Source: Dendrobates tinctorius
Lineage: Eukaryota
Direction of reading: 5' to 3'
Assembly: GCF_039654945.1 (NCBI RefSeq)
Contig: NW_027361775.1
Coordinates: 32,302,001-32,366,000 of the forward strand
DNA length: 64,000 nucleotides
The notes beneath the pieces are model-generated. The model did not search any database. It was not told where the DNA came from and was given only the letters and a program-made list of their open reading frames with translations. This document shows, one piece after another, positions 24,120-36,570 of the stretch (position 1 is the first letter of the stretch; each line of letters opens with the position of its first letter). The position numbers and the translations under genes are program-made.

Positions 24120-27100
24120 GGCACAACGTCAGGAGTTCAGAAGGCTTAATAAGCTGTGTTTTTTTTGTGGAGATGCCTCGCATATTATTTCTGTCTGCCC
24201 TAAACGAGAGAAACGTTGTGCACACACGTTTTCTGTGGGTGGTGTTCAACCTAAGATTCTTCTGGCAATTACTCTGATCTGCTCCCTGTCCACATTTTCC
24301 GCCAAGGCTTTTGTGGATTCAGGAGCAGCTCTGAACCTGATGGACTTGGATTTTGCTAAACGTTGTGGATTTCCTATGACACCTCTCCGGACGCCTATCC
24401 CTTTGAGGGGTATTGATGCTACTCCTTTGGCGAAGAATAAACCTCAGTTTTGGACACAGGTGGTAATGCGGGTCGCCCCAGACCATCAAGAAAATTGCAG
24501 ATTTTTGGTGTTGCATAATTTGCATGATACCATTGTTCTGGGGTTTCCCTGGTTGCAAATCCATAATCCAGTTCTGGATTGGAAATCTTTGTCTGTGGTG
24601 AGTTGGGGTTGTCGGTGTGCCCTTAGTGATGCTCCTGTTTTCTCCACCTCTCCCCAGTCACATGATGTTCCTGACTATTTGGCTGACTTTTGTGATGTAT
24701 TTAGTGAGAATGAGTGTGCGTCTTTGCCTCCTCATAGGAGTTATGACTGTGCAATTGAGCTGAACCCGGGGTGTAAATTCCCCAAGGGTCGGCTTTTCAA
24801 TTTATCTGTACCCGAGCACGAGGCTATGCGATCCTATATTAAGGAGGCATTGGAGAAGGGTCATATTAGACCATCCTCTTCACCCTTAGGTGCTGGTTTT
24901 TTTTTCATGGCTAAAAAGGATGGTTCATTAAGGCCTTGTATTGACTATCGTTCCCTCAACAAAATTACTGTTAAATATCAGTATCCGTTACCCCTGATTT
25001 CTGATCTATTCTCCAGAGTTAAAGGTGCTTGCTGGTTTACCAAGCTTGACCTCAGTGGGGCGTTTAATCTTATTCGCATTAAGCATGGGGATGAATGGAA
25101 GACGGCGTTTAATATTCCGGAGGGACATTTTGAGTACCTGGTGATGCCTTTTGGGCTCACTAATGCCCCTTCTGTCTTCCAGTGCTTCATGAACGATATA
25201 TTCCGAGACTTTGTGGATACATTTTTGATTATCTATCTGGATGATATTTTGATCTTCTCCAAGAATTGGGACTCTCATGTGGAACATGTTCGGACTGTGT
25301 TCCGGATTTTGAGGGAGAATTCCCTGTATGTCAAGGGATCGAAATGCTTTTTTGGGGTACAGAGGATTTCATTTTTGGGATTTATTTTGTCTCCGTCAAC
25401 TATTGAAATGGACCCGGCCAAGGTACAGGCCATTTATGATTGGGTTCAGCCCACTTCTTTGAAGGCCCTCCAGAAGTTTTTGGGTTTTGCTAATTTTTAT
25501 CGGAAATTTATAGCTAATTTTTCTGGTATTGCCAAGCCATTGACGGATTTGACTAGGAAGGCTGCTGATGTGCTGAATTGGTCTCCGGAGGCTGTTTCTT
25601 CCTTTCAGGAGCTGAAGCGAAGATTTACTTCTGCTCCGGTTTTGCGGCAACCTGATGTCTCACTCCCGATTCAGGTGGAGGTGGACGCTTCTGAGATTGG
25701 TGCAGGAGCGGTGTTGTCCCAAAAAGATCCTGTGACATCTAAAATGAATCCTTGTGCTTTCTTTTCCCGAAAGTTCTCCCCATCCGAACGTAACTATGAT
25801 GTGGGGAATCGGGAACTGTTGGCCATGAAATGGGCATTTGAGGAGTGGAGACATTGGTTGGAGGGAGCCAAACACCAAGTCGTGGTCCTTACTGACCACA
25901 AGAATTTGATTTACCTGGAGTCGGCCAAGCGCTTGAATCCTACACAGGCTAGGTGGGCCTTGTTTTTCACACGTTTTGATTTTGTGGTCTCTTTTCTTCC
26001 GGGCACTAAGAATGTCAAGGCAGACGCCCTCTCTAGGAGTTTCCTAGCTGATTCTCCTGTTGTGACTAAGCCTGCTACCATCTTAGGCGAGGGGGTAGTT
26101 CTTTCTGCCATCTCGCCCGATTTGAGACGTGCTCTGGAAGAGTTTCAGGAGGACAAACCTGAGCGTTGTCCAAGTGGAAAGTTGTATGTTCCTGACCAGT
26201 GGAGGAAGAGAGTGATGTCTGAAGTTCATTGCTCTGCATTGGCTGGTCATCCAGGTATTTTTGGTACTAGAGATCTGGTGAGTCGGTCTTTTTGGTGGCC
26301 CGCCTTGTCTCGTGATGTCAGGAATTTTGTGCAGTCCTGTGGGACTTGCTCCCGGTCTAAACCTTGTTCTCGCTCTAGTGGTTTGTTGATGCCTTTGCCG
26401 GTGCCCAGGAGGCCATGGAGCCATATTTCAATGGATTTTATCTCTGATATGCCTGTCTCTCAGAGAATGACTGTTACTTGGGTGATTTGTGATAGATTCT
26501 CTAAGATGGTCCATCTTGTACCACTCCCTAAGTTGCCATCTTCCTCTGAGTTGGTGCCCTTGTTTTTGCAACAGGTGGTTCGCTTGCACGGGATTCCTGA
26601 GAACATTGTATCTGACAGAGGAGTTCAGTTTGTGTCTAGATTTTGGAGGACTTTCTGTTCCAAGCTGGGAATTCAGTTGTCCTTCTCCTCTGCGTTTCAC
26701 CCTCAGACCAATGGGCAGACGGAGAGAACAAACCAGACTTTGGAGTCGTATTTGAGATGTTTTATTTCTGCCGATCAGGATGATTGGGTTTCATTTTTGC
26801 CCTTGGCCGAATTTGCTTTAAATAATAGAGCTAGTTCTGCCACTTTGATGTCACCTTTTTTTTGTAACTTTGGTTTTCACCCTCGATTTTCTTCAGGGCA
26901 GGTGGAGCCTTCTGCCTGCCCAGGTGTTGACACTGTGGTGGAGAGAATGCACCAGATCTGGGACCAAGTAGTGGATAAGTTGTCTCTCTCCCAGGAAAAG
27001 GCCCAGCGGTTTTCCAACCGGCGTAGGACCATTGGTCCCCAGTTTAAGGTGGGTGATATGGTTTGGTTGTCATCAAAAAATATCGCTATGAAGGTGGCTT

Positions 27101-27648
27101 CTCCTAAGTTTAAGCTTAGATTTATTGGACCTTACAAGATTTTGGAGATTATTAATCCGGTCTCTTTTCGGTTGGCTCTTCCTGTCACATTTAAAATTCA
27201 TAATGTGTTTCATAAGTCCTTGTTGAAGAGGTTTGTTGAACCAGTAGTTCCTGTGGTGGCACCTCCTGACCCTATATTGGTTGAAGGTAACATGGAATAT
27301 GAGGTAGAGAAGATACTGGATTCCCGTCTGGCTAGACGGAGACTCCAGTATTTGGATAAGTGCAAGGGTTATGGTCAGGAGGATAATTCCTGGGTCTCTG
27401 GCTCTGATATTCATGCCGAAAGATTGGTGCGTGCCTTTCATCGGGCTCACCCGGATCGCCCTGGTGGCATGGAGGAGGGTTCGGTGACCCCTCCTCAAGG
27501 GGGAGGTATTGTTGTGAGTTCATTTTTCCCTTCACCATTGAGGTCTGATGAACTCCGTCCTCTAGTGAAGGAAGGTAGTGAGACTGATTACCAAACACCT
27601 GGGCAGCTAGATGATGACTGGGTGGCTGGAATTGAGGACTGGATATAA
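24040..27648 (+). CDS. pol: CCHC knuckle + Pol polyprotein (protease, RT, RNase H, integrase, chromodomain)
   Basis: CFFCGDASHIISVC; FVDSGA; YLDD; VDAS...GAVL; HHCC, MDFI/SDRG/QTERTN integrase; GPY; YEVEKILD chromodomain. The ORF runs into the 3' LTR. Confidence 0.95.
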   Translation: MNAKLHEKCCHLLNKCLNLCNVIVLSRAQRQEFRRLNKLCFFCGDASHIISVCPKREKRCAHTFSVGGVQPKILLAITLICSLSTFSAKAFVDSGAALNLMDLDFAKRCGFPMTPLRTPIPLRGIDATPLAKNKPQFWTQVVMRVAPDHQENCRFLVLHNLHDTIVLGFPWLQIHNPVLDWKSLSVVSWGCRCALSDAPVFSTSPQSHDVPDYLADFCDVFSENECASLPPHRSYDCAIELNPGCKFPKGRLFNLSVPEHEAMRSYIKEALEKGHIRPSSSPLGAGFFFMAKKDGSLRPCIDYRSLNKITVKYQYPLPLISDLFSRVKGACWFTKLDLSGAFNLIRIKHGDEWKTAFNIPEGHFEYLVMPFGLTNAPSVFQCFMNDIFRDFVDTFLIIYLDDILIFSKNWDSHVEHVRTVFRILRENSLYVKGSKCFFGVQRISFLGFILSPSTIEMDPAKVQAIYDWVQPTSLKALQKFLGFANFYRKFIANFSGIAKPLTDLTRKAADVLNWSPEAVSSFQELKRRFTSAPVLRQPDVSLPIQVEVDASEIGAGAVLSQKDPVTSKMNPCAFFSRKFSPSERNYDVGNRELLAMKWAFEEWRHWLEGAKHQVVVLTDHKNLIYLESAKRLNPTQARWALFFTRFDFVVSFLPGTKNVKADALSRSFLADSPVVTKPATILGEGVVLSAISPDLRRALEEFQEDKPERCPSGKLYVPDQWRKRVMSEVHCSALAGHPGIFGTRDLVSRSFWWPALSRDVRNFVQSCGTCSRSKPCSRSSGLLMPLPVPRRPWSHISMDFISDMPVSQRMTVTWVICDRFSKMVHLVPLPKLPSSSELVPLFLQQVVRLHGIPENIVSDRGVQFVSRFWRTFCSKLGIQLSFSSAFHPQTNGQTERTNQTLESYLRCFISADQDDWVSFLPLAEFALNNRASSATLMSPFFCNFGFHPRFSSGQVEPSACPGVDTVVERMHQIWDQVVDKLSLSQEKAQRFSNRRRTIGPQFKVGDMVWLSSKNIAMKVASPKFKLRFIGPYKILEIINPVSFRLALPVTFKIHNVFHKSLLKRFVEPVVPVVAPPDPILVEGNMEYEVEKILDSRLARRRLQYLDKCKGYGQEDNSWVSGSDIHAERLVRAFHRAHPDRPGGMEEGSVTPPQGGGIVVSSFFPSPLRSDELRPLVKEGSETDYQTPGQLDDDWVAGIEDWI

Positions 27649-28325
27649 GGCTGTCGACGCCCTTCTTCCTGGCTGGTGATTTTCCTGCTGGATTCTTGGA
27701 GACCAGTCTGATTCCTGCATCTCAAAGCTAAGTTTTTCTGCTCTGCTTTGTACTCTTCAGTTTTGTTTTTGTTTTGCCTTGTTTTTTGGGAGTTCTGCCA
27801 TCCCCGGCCGGGGGTGAGCTGAATTCCATTTTTGTCTCTGATCTGTTGATCTTTTGCTGTCTTCAGAATATACCTGAGTGCTGATATAGTCTTTTGAAGC
27901 CTAGCGACTTCAGGGCCTGTTTTTCCTATCAGTCAGTTGGCTCATTTTGATAGGGTTTTTGCGGATGGCAGACAGCAGCTTTCCTATCCTGTCCTATGTA
28001 GTTAGCTTGGGCCCCATCATTTGCTCAACCTATCTTTCTATCTGTGTTAGTGTTTTCATCTTGCTTCACCGTCATTATATGTTGGGGGCTGCCTATTGCT
28101 TTGGGGTCTGCTCTGGGGCAGTTTAGTTTTCCCCTTTCTGTCTTTAGGCTATGAAGTTCTCCGGCTGTGATCGAGGGGTCTAGGCACCGTAGGAACCCCC
28201 CACGGCTACTGCTAGTTGTTGTGGATAGGTTCAGGGGTCTGCAATCCGATAGCTGCCAACCTCTCTGGTTTTTCTGGACTTAGCTGGTATTTTGTTATTT
28301 CCTCCTTCGGTGACTCATCATAACA
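27510..28325 (+). repeat. 3' LTR (816 bp)
   Basis: By eye, about 9 substitutions and 4 small indels relative to the 5' LTR. Confidence 0.96.
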
Positions 28326-29806
28326 AGTGGAGGTCAAGATAAGGTCTGGAAGACCAATCTAAATGTCAGTGAGAACTGCTCATAAGAATGTTAGAGAGGC
28401 AAATCAGAACCCCTGCTTGAATGAAAACGACCTTCAGAAAGATTTAGCAGCCTCTGGAGTTGTGGTATATTGATCTACTGTTCAAAGACACCTGCAGAAA
28501 TATGGCCTTCATGGAAGAGTCATCAGAAGAAAACCTCTCCTGCGTCCTCCCCATAAACTTCAGAGTCTGAAGCATACAAATGAACATCTAAACAAGCCTG
28601 ATGCATTTTGGAAACAAATCATGTGGACCGATGAGGTTAAAATAGACCTCTATGACCACAATGATCAAAGGCATGTGTGGAGAAAAAAGGGCACAGAATT
28701 TCAGGAAGGAAACATCTCACCAGTCATTAAACATGGGGGTGAATCAATCATGCGTGGGGATTGTGCTGCAGCCAATGGCAAGGGAAATATTTCAGGGGTA
28801 GAAAGAATAATGGATTAAATGAAATTTCAACAAATTCTTGATGCAAACAAAACACCATCTGTAAAAAAGCTGAAGTTAAAAAGAGGATGGCTTCTATAAA
28901 TGGATAATGATCCTAAACACACGTCAAAATCCACAATAGACTACTTCAAAAGACACAAGCTGAAGCTTTTACAATGGCCCTCACAGTCCCTTGATCTGAA
29001 TATCATTGAAAATCTGTGACTAGACCTTAAAATAGCAGTGCATGCAAGACGACCGAAGAATCTCACAGAACTGGAAGAATTTTTCAACGAAAAATGGATG
29101 AAAATCCCTCAAACAAGAATTGAAATAAACTAAATCCATATACTTTTATGCATTCCATATTGAGCATGCTCTATCAGAGCCTGAGATTATATCCTTATGC
29201 GTTTCATTTTGAGCATGCACGATCGGAGCCTGAAACCACACCGGAAGTCGTCAACAGGCTTCCATGCATTCCAGACTGGAACGCATTATTCAGGTACAAT
29301 ATATCCGGTTTTGACATGGGGGAGAACCCAAAGGTAAAAGGAGGCTATTTAAATAGAGCGTGGTATCTTGCTCTGCACATCATTTTTCTATCAAGACGCA
29401 CTATCTAACATCGGGTCTCCTATTGAGCCGCAAAGGCGAGTGGCAATAGGAGTGATCTCTGTATAGAAATAGTGGTTCCCTATTGAGGGTGCGGGGGGTT
29501 CATATAGTAATAGGGTGCATCTAGGCTTTTTCAGGGTCAGCCGCCGTCAAGCGCAGGCGCCACAACGCTATCCCCCCTAGGGTGCCAACCTCCGCAGTTA
29601 GGTAGGGCATCTTATAGGTAATCAATAGGGACCTATAGCATTTCTATTCAAGGTGTTTGTTTCACCCAAGATGTTTTGCTCAATTTCACTGTGAATTTTT
29701 TTGGTGTGCACATACCACCTTTTCAGGTGGTTTTTAGTCGTTTATAATAAAGGTTAAATCTTTTAATTGGGTTATTTCTAAATGATTTTTTCTAATGATA
29801 CCCTAG

Positions 29807-30738
29807 TAGTGATGAGCGAGTATACTCCTTGCTCGGGTTTTCCTGAGCATGCTCGGGTGTCCTCCGAGTATTTTGGCGTGCTTGGAGATTTAGATTTCGT
29901 CGTCTCAGCTGCATGATTTGCGACTGCTAGACAGCTTGAATACATGTGTGGAATGCCTGTTTGTTAGGGAATTCCCACATGTATTCAGCCTGTCTACAAG
30001 TCGCAAACCATGCAGCTTAGGCCTATTTCACACTTCAGTTTTTCACAATCAGTCAAGATCCGCCGATTTGCCAAAAAAACGGATTCGCCATTTTTATTTG
30101 CGGATCCGTTTTTTTCCCCATTGACTTTCATTATCGGCATATTTTGACTGATGATCGTCCGTTGCGTCCGTATTTGTGCAGATCCACCAAAATTGTGGCG
30201 TCCGCTGAGATCACCGAACGGACCATGCAACTTTTTTTGCTGTCCGGATCCGCATTTTCCCCTTTTAACCCTCAATCAAGTGTCGCTGCTGGATGAAAAT
30301 TTTCTTTTCTCTCTCCTCCATTTCTGCCCGATCTCCCCATTTCTCTCATCGCATCGCGCGATCTCCTCCCTCATCGCATCGCTACTCACCCGCATCCCGC
30401 GAGATGATCACTCACCGCAGATGCCGGCTCTCTTCCGGATACCACTACATCCGCCGGTATTAATTTTTGATTTTTTTTTTCTTTTTCCCCAGCCGCGATT
30501 CCTTTAAATTTTTACCATCGGCGGATCCGTACATCCGCCGAGCCGCTGTCCCCCGTTTGTCAGTCCGCCTGCGGATCCGTTTTCCGCTATTTTGGCGGAT
30601 TTAGACTGACAGGAAAAACTGATGTGTGAAACAGGCCTTAGACGACGAAAACTAAATCTCTGAGCACGCCAAAATACTCAGAGGACACCCGAGCATAATC
30701 AGGAAAAGCTGAGCAAGGAATATACTCGCTCTTCACTA
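29807..30738. mobile_element. hAT MITE with a nested Harbinger-type MITE (30020-30637)
   Basis: Outer element: TAGTGATGAGCGAG termini, 8-bp TSD TACCCTAG. Inner element: TTA TSD, GGCCT(A/G)TTTCACAC TIR. Confidence 0.88.
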
Positions 30739-31007
30739 TACCCTAGACATATTTCAATTTAAAGGTATCATTTTATTCAGCTTCTTTTGACTTACATGCT
30801 CATATAGACCGCTTTAGGAGGGCTGATCGTACTGACAGATTCCCTTTAAAACGTTACTGAAGGCTATTGTCATAAGAACAACCTGTTCATCACCAGAGTA
30901 CCCTAGTCAAGAGTAAAATATCATGGTTATACCTTGATATGCTGGCTTCAGCAACACAATAATAATTTCATCTTCTGATTGAGCAGTGCACACTATGTGT
31001 ATCATAA

Positions 31008-32084
31008 AGGGTTAGTCCAAAATCCAAACATAAATTTCAATTAATAAATCTTTAAAAACTAATATGTTTTGTAATGCAAGTCATGATAAAATTCCCTAAC
31101 GTATACTGTAACTTAGGATTCTGTTTATATTACCCAATTCCTATGACGATTCGTTTGAGAAAGCCAGTGCATGATGGGATATGCAAACGAACCTTCATCT
31201 GCTGGCTGAAACTGTGGTCACTCCCCTTTCCACCCTGAAGCGAAGCATAATCAGGGGCCCGACACTCCCCTTGCTTTATTTTCCTTAGTGACATTCGTTT
31301 CAGGGCTGGTTCTGAGCGCAGTGGTCGGTCTGTTGTCGGCTTAGCTGAATAGTAATAACCTGGCAGCAGAGCGGTTTCACTATACCTTCCATTCACTGCT
31401 GTCACTCAGCTTCCCACCCTGAAATGAAGCATAATCGGGGGATGGTTCTGGCTGGGACATCCCGACACTCCCATTGCTTCATTGTCAGCCCTGAAACAAA
31501 GTGTCATCAGTGATGCTCTTTTCAGGGGCTGGTCCCTGCTCTGTCCCCGAGTGTCTCCCTTGCGCAGTGTCTCCCCCTGTGCCCTGGGTGATGAGCACAA
31601 CTTCCAATCTGCCGTCTACTTAGATGAATAGTAAAAAGGCGGCAGCAGAGCGGTGTCACTATACCCAGCAGAGATCAGCGACGTTACCTACGGAGTCGGT
31701 GCTAGTCACTTGCACGCCGGGTATAGTGACACCGCTCTGCTACCGGATTATTACTATTCATCTAAGCCGACAACAGACCGCAGTTTCAGGAAGGCAAACT
31801 TACTTAGCAAGGTGAGTGTCGGACCCCCACCTGATTACACTTTGTTTCATAGCTGAAAAAAGAGTGACAGCAGATTTAGCCAGGAGATGACGATTCATTT
31901 GAGTATCCCATTATGCACTGGGATTCTCAAACGTATCATCATAGGAAGTGGGTAATCTCAATAGAACCCTAAGTAGCAGTACAGAGTAAATAGTAGGGAA
32001 TTTTACCGTGACTTAATTTACAGAAGTGATTAGTTTTTAAAGATTTATTCATGGAAATTTATTTTTGGGTTTCAGACTAACCCA
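31008..32084. mobile_element. T2/Kolobok-like fold-back element
   Basis: AGGGTTAGTC...GACTAACCC termini with TTAA-like flanks; long degenerate inverted arms. Confidence 0.65.
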
Positions 32085-33012
32085 TTAATTATGACATTAT
32101 ATTGTTAATATCAGTGAGCAGATTGAGCTGAGGTTCCCTTTTTGAGTTCAGTATTTTAATTTAATTGTTCTAATGCTTCAATTTAGAAAAGCAAGATTAC
32201 ACACAATCATGCATTACTGAGTGAGAATTAGAAAGCCCCATGCAAAGGTGTGAACGTCTGGCTCCGCTCCTGCACTACCTTGGTGACTGAGGATTATTCT
32301 GCACATAGGGAAAGGCAAACGTGCAGCACGTCGTTCCGTTTTTGAAGGTTTGAAAGTCCTTAGATCATAATTACAGTGGAAATATGTGGCTGTGTGACAA
32401 ATGGCTATACACAATAGGGAAATTAAGCAGATGAAAGAAGAGAAAATCGAAGAGATTTATGTTAGAGATAATAAAAAAAAATTATGAGATGGTTTACACG
32501 GATTGGCCAGGATGATTGGGAAGCATAAGTGTGGGCTGATTAATAAACGATTGCAGAACGCCTTCTAAAATGTACTTTTACTAATCATCCCTGCCGGTTA
32601 ATAAAAGTCACACATGTAGGAATGAAAGTGAAGAGAATAATTACACACATATCTCGTCAAATACAAAATCCAAGCATTAAAGCTTCAAAAATATAATTCC
32701 AAAAATACAGAACTAAAAGAGCAAAATGTATACAGGGGATTTTGCTTGGTTGGTCACAGCCTAAAGAATATTTTTTTTTGGCCAAGGGACTACATTCTCT
32801 GACGACACGCTGACGACAATCGGTTTGTTTTTTCCCATACGTGAATCAACTAAAGTATGAATGAGTCCTTAAGGAATGGTGGCAGGAACATGACCGCAAG
32901 TTTTCCTAGCTTTCCTGGCCTTCACATACTATGAAGAGGTGGGTAGAACTGGCTCTTCATTATATGTATTTCATTCTATGGCCTCATTCACACATCCATG
33001 TTTAAACACATA

Positions 33013-35754
33013 TAGTGGGGGAAATAAGTATTTGATACACTGCAGAATTTGCAACTTTTCCCACCTACAAAGGATGGAGAGGTCTATAATTTTTAAGGGG
33101 GTACACTTCAACTGTGAGAGACAGAATTTAAAAATAAAATACAGAAAATCACATTGTATGATTTTTTTTATAATTCTTTATTTAAAAGACTTATCAAACA
33201 GTATAGGAGAGAAAAGACAGAGCAGAGGATTAGAATAAGGAGAGCAGTTGAAGCGAAAAAAGAGAGTGGGGGGGAATAAGTAATGGAGCCAAAAGAGGCA
33301 AAAAAAAAAAACAAAAAAAAAAGGGTGAGGGAAGGAAAAAAAACGAGAGGGTAAGGGAAGAAGTACCCACCCGACCAAGTCCACCACTCAGCCTGATGTT
33401 TTTAGTTAAGCTCAGGGGGGGTTTGCCTCTAGCATTAGATCACAATACTCACTAGAGCTTCGAAAATCCATGCATCCAAGCCAAGTAGCCCAAAACTTTG
33501 GGTATGATTCATATATGGATGAGGTGAGGTCCTCCATATACATAATTTCATTGACTTTTGCGATCCACTGAGTTATAGTTGGAGGAGCGGGACTCTTCCA
33601 TCTCTCCGGGATGCAAGCCCTCGCAGCTGTGATAAAAAATTTCAATAGAGAGGATTTATAGATCCGGAGAGAGATTTAATTAAGTTGGAGTAGTATCAGA
33701 GCCAGAGTCAACTTTTCGGAACGGCCCGTAACCCGACAAATAATTTCTCACACCTCTGTCCAAAATGATTGCAAAACGTCACATTGCCAGAAAATATGAA
33801 AAATCGTGCCCTCTGCCCTTCCACACCTCCAGCAGTTGGGGTCAATTTCCAGAAATATGGTGTGCAACCTCGAGGGCACTCTGTACCATCTGGACAAAAT
33901 CTTATAGCCAGCCTCCTGGAACCTAGAGCTAATCGAGGCACAGTGTACAAGGGTAAAAATTTGAGTTCTCTGATCTTCCGTAAAAGAAATATTTAAATCT
34001 CTCTCCCACTGCACAAGGAAAGAAGAGGGCGACAGGCTCCGGGAGTCCATCAACATAGAGTAGGTTTTAGCTAAGGTGTGTCTGATTGGGCCCGGGCTAT
34101 TACATAAAAGCTCAAATTGGGTTTTGGGTTGTCCAAATGAACTTTTAGGGGGAAGGCTGCTGAAAAAGTATGTAAGTTGCAAACACCTCCAACTGCCCAG
34201 GGGTATTGGATCTGTTTTGGCGGTAAGGTCACTCAGAGAAGGCCAGGAGGTTCCCTCTCCCCAGTTTTCTACTCCATCCATCCATCCCCGAATCTATCTA
34301 CAGACAAAAAATGGAGACCGAGCGGCTAGGGACAAATTTAGGATGACTCCACATTGTATGATTTTTAAATAATTATTTGCATTTTATTGCATGAAATAAG
34401 CATTTGATCACCTACCAACAAGCAAGAATTTTGACGCTCACAGACCTGTTAGTTTTGCTTTAAGAAGCCCTCCTATTCTGCACTCATTACCTATATTGAT
34501 TGTCCCTGTTTGAACTCGTTACCTGTATAAAAGACACGTCCACACACTCAATCACACTCCAACCTCTCCGCTATGGCCAAGACCAAAGAGCTTTGTAAAG
34601 ACACCAGTGACAAAATCCTACAAGGCTGGAATGGGCTACAGGACAATAGGTAAGCCGCCTGGTGAGAAGTCAACAGCTGCTGGCACAATTATTAGAAAAT
34701 GGAAGACGCACAAGATTACTGTCAATCTTCCTCGGTCTGGGGCTCCATGCAAAATCTCGCCTTAGGGTGTAAGGATGATTCTGAGAAAGGTCAGGAATCA
34801 GCCCAGAACTACACGGGAGGACCTGGTCAGTGACCTGACGAAAGCTGGAACCACAGTCTCAAACACCCGTTGCCATCATGGATTAAAATCCTGCAGGGCA
34901 CGCAAGGTCCCTCTGCTCACGCCAGAACATGTCCGTACTTGTTTGAAGTTTGACAATGACCATCTGGATGAGCCAGAGGAGACATGGGAGGTCATGAGGT
35001 CAAAATAAAACTTTTTGGTATCAACTCCACTCACCATGTTTGGAGGAAGAAGGAGTACAACCCCAAGAACACCATCACAACCATGAAGCATGGTGGGGGA
35101 AACATCATACTTTGGGGGTGATTTTCTGCAAACGGGACAGGACGACTGCACCTTATTGAAGGGAGAATGGATGGAGTCATGTAGCGCAATGTATGGCCAA
35201 CAACCTCATTCCCTCAGTAAGAGCACTGAAGATGGGTCATGGTTGGATCTTCCAGCATGACAATGACGCAAAACGCACAGCCAGGGCTCCGTAAGAAGCA
35301 TTTTAAGGTCCTGCAGTGGCCTAGCCAGTCTCCAGACGAGAACCTGATAGAAAATCATTGGAGGGAGCTGAAATTCAATGTTATGCAGAGATAGCCCCGA
35401 AACCTGAAAGAACTGTAGAAGATCTGTATGGAGGAGTGGGCCAAATTCCCTGCTGCAGTGTGTGCAAACTTGATCAAGAACTACAGGAAACGTCTGACCT
35501 CTGTAATTGCAAACAAAGGTTTCTGTACCAAATATTAAGTTCTGCTTTTCTATTGTATCAAATACTTATTTCATGCAATAAAATGTAAATAAATTATGTC
35601 AAAATCATACAATTTGATTTTCTGGATTTTTTTTAGATTCTGTCTCTCACAGTTGAAGTGTACCTACGATAAAAATTACAGACCTCTCCATTCTTTGTAG
35701 GTGGAAAAAAACTTGCAAAATTGGCAGTGTATCAAATACTTGTTTTCTACATTA
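33013..35754 (+). mobile_element. Tc1-like transposon with long TIRs and a decayed transposase (34573-35538)
   Basis: TA-flanked ~200-bp TIRs. MAKTKEL start; KHGGG, FQHDND and WPSQSPD motifs; multiple stops. Confidence 0.9.
33167..34349 (-). mobile_element. L1 LINE 3' fragment inserted in the Tc1 left TIR
   Basis: ORF2 C-terminal CWRCGRAEGTIFHIFWQC; AATAAA and A-rich tail; 17-bp TSD CACATTGTATGATTTTT at 33150-33166 and 34350-34366. Confidence 0.9.
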
Positions 35755-36570
35755 TATGTGAAAAAATTTTAACAGTGTCATCAGTGTTTTGGCTCAGTGT
35801 GTCAATGTTTGGGTCGTGTGCTTATTTTTACCATCAATGTGCCATCAGTGTTTTTCATGGATGGATAAATTGCGAAGCTTCTCCTATACTTTGCAATTTT
35901 AAATACGGACAGTAAACGGACTGTAAACTGATGCTATCCATGTGCTGCATGTGCTTTAGACGGACCTATAGACTTGTATTGGTAATTTGCATCTGTAATA
36001 CCGGGAAAGAGCAGTTATGCCTCTGCGAGCTTTGCATGGACACATGGTCTGCGAATAAACAGGGACAAGTGAAAAGCACCATAGATTAGAATGAGAAAAA
36101 AAATGGATACAACACATACATCTATCTGAATGAGGCTTTACAGCCTTCCAGCCTCATTTAGACTCTCTGCATTCGCTTGTCTTAACTGTACCAAACTGAT
36201 AACATACCATTGATACATAACAGTTTTCCTTCTTCTTCTAAGACTGATAAATCACATTTACATGATATTCTTTGTACACATTTTGTTTCTTTCACATTTT
36301 CGATATCACACAGTATATATCATTTTCTCTTCTTGCACTTTTCAGTGTGACCACTGTCTACACACCACAGCTTTTCCATAATGTTCACATCTAATGCGTT
36401 AGAATGTGATGATGTCTACTGGAGGGTTAGAATTTCCTTCTTACAGTATGACTTTCAACTATAGGGTCTGTGGTTAAGGACGTGACATTTTTCTAAGGTG
36501 TAATATATAGCATGAGCAGCTCAGGTGAGAGGTGTAACGAGCAACAGTGTACTCCTTGGCAGAAGCCATT

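Larger units (their letters stand above)
22484..28325 (+). mobile_element. Near-intact Ty3/Gypsy chromovirus (Tf1/sushi-type) LTR retrotransposon
   Basis: TG...CA LTRs at 22484-23304 and 27510-28325, 5-bp TSD AGTGG on both sides, PPT AAGGGGGAGG at 27497-27506, gag and pol ORFs. Confidence 0.97.
21952..29125 (+). mobile_element. Degenerate Tc1-like transposon split by the LTR retrotransposon
   Basis: TA|CAGTG left end. Rejoining across the TSD gives KKWQLTATVEVKIRSGRP. Downstream motifs [25 protein letters not shown]. Contains stops; no right TIR seen. Confidence 0.88.
32980..36137. mobile_element. Old Harbinger-type MITE hosting the Tc1 and L1
   Basis: TIR GGCCTCATTCACA ... TCTGAATGAGGCT. 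Confidence 0.55.
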
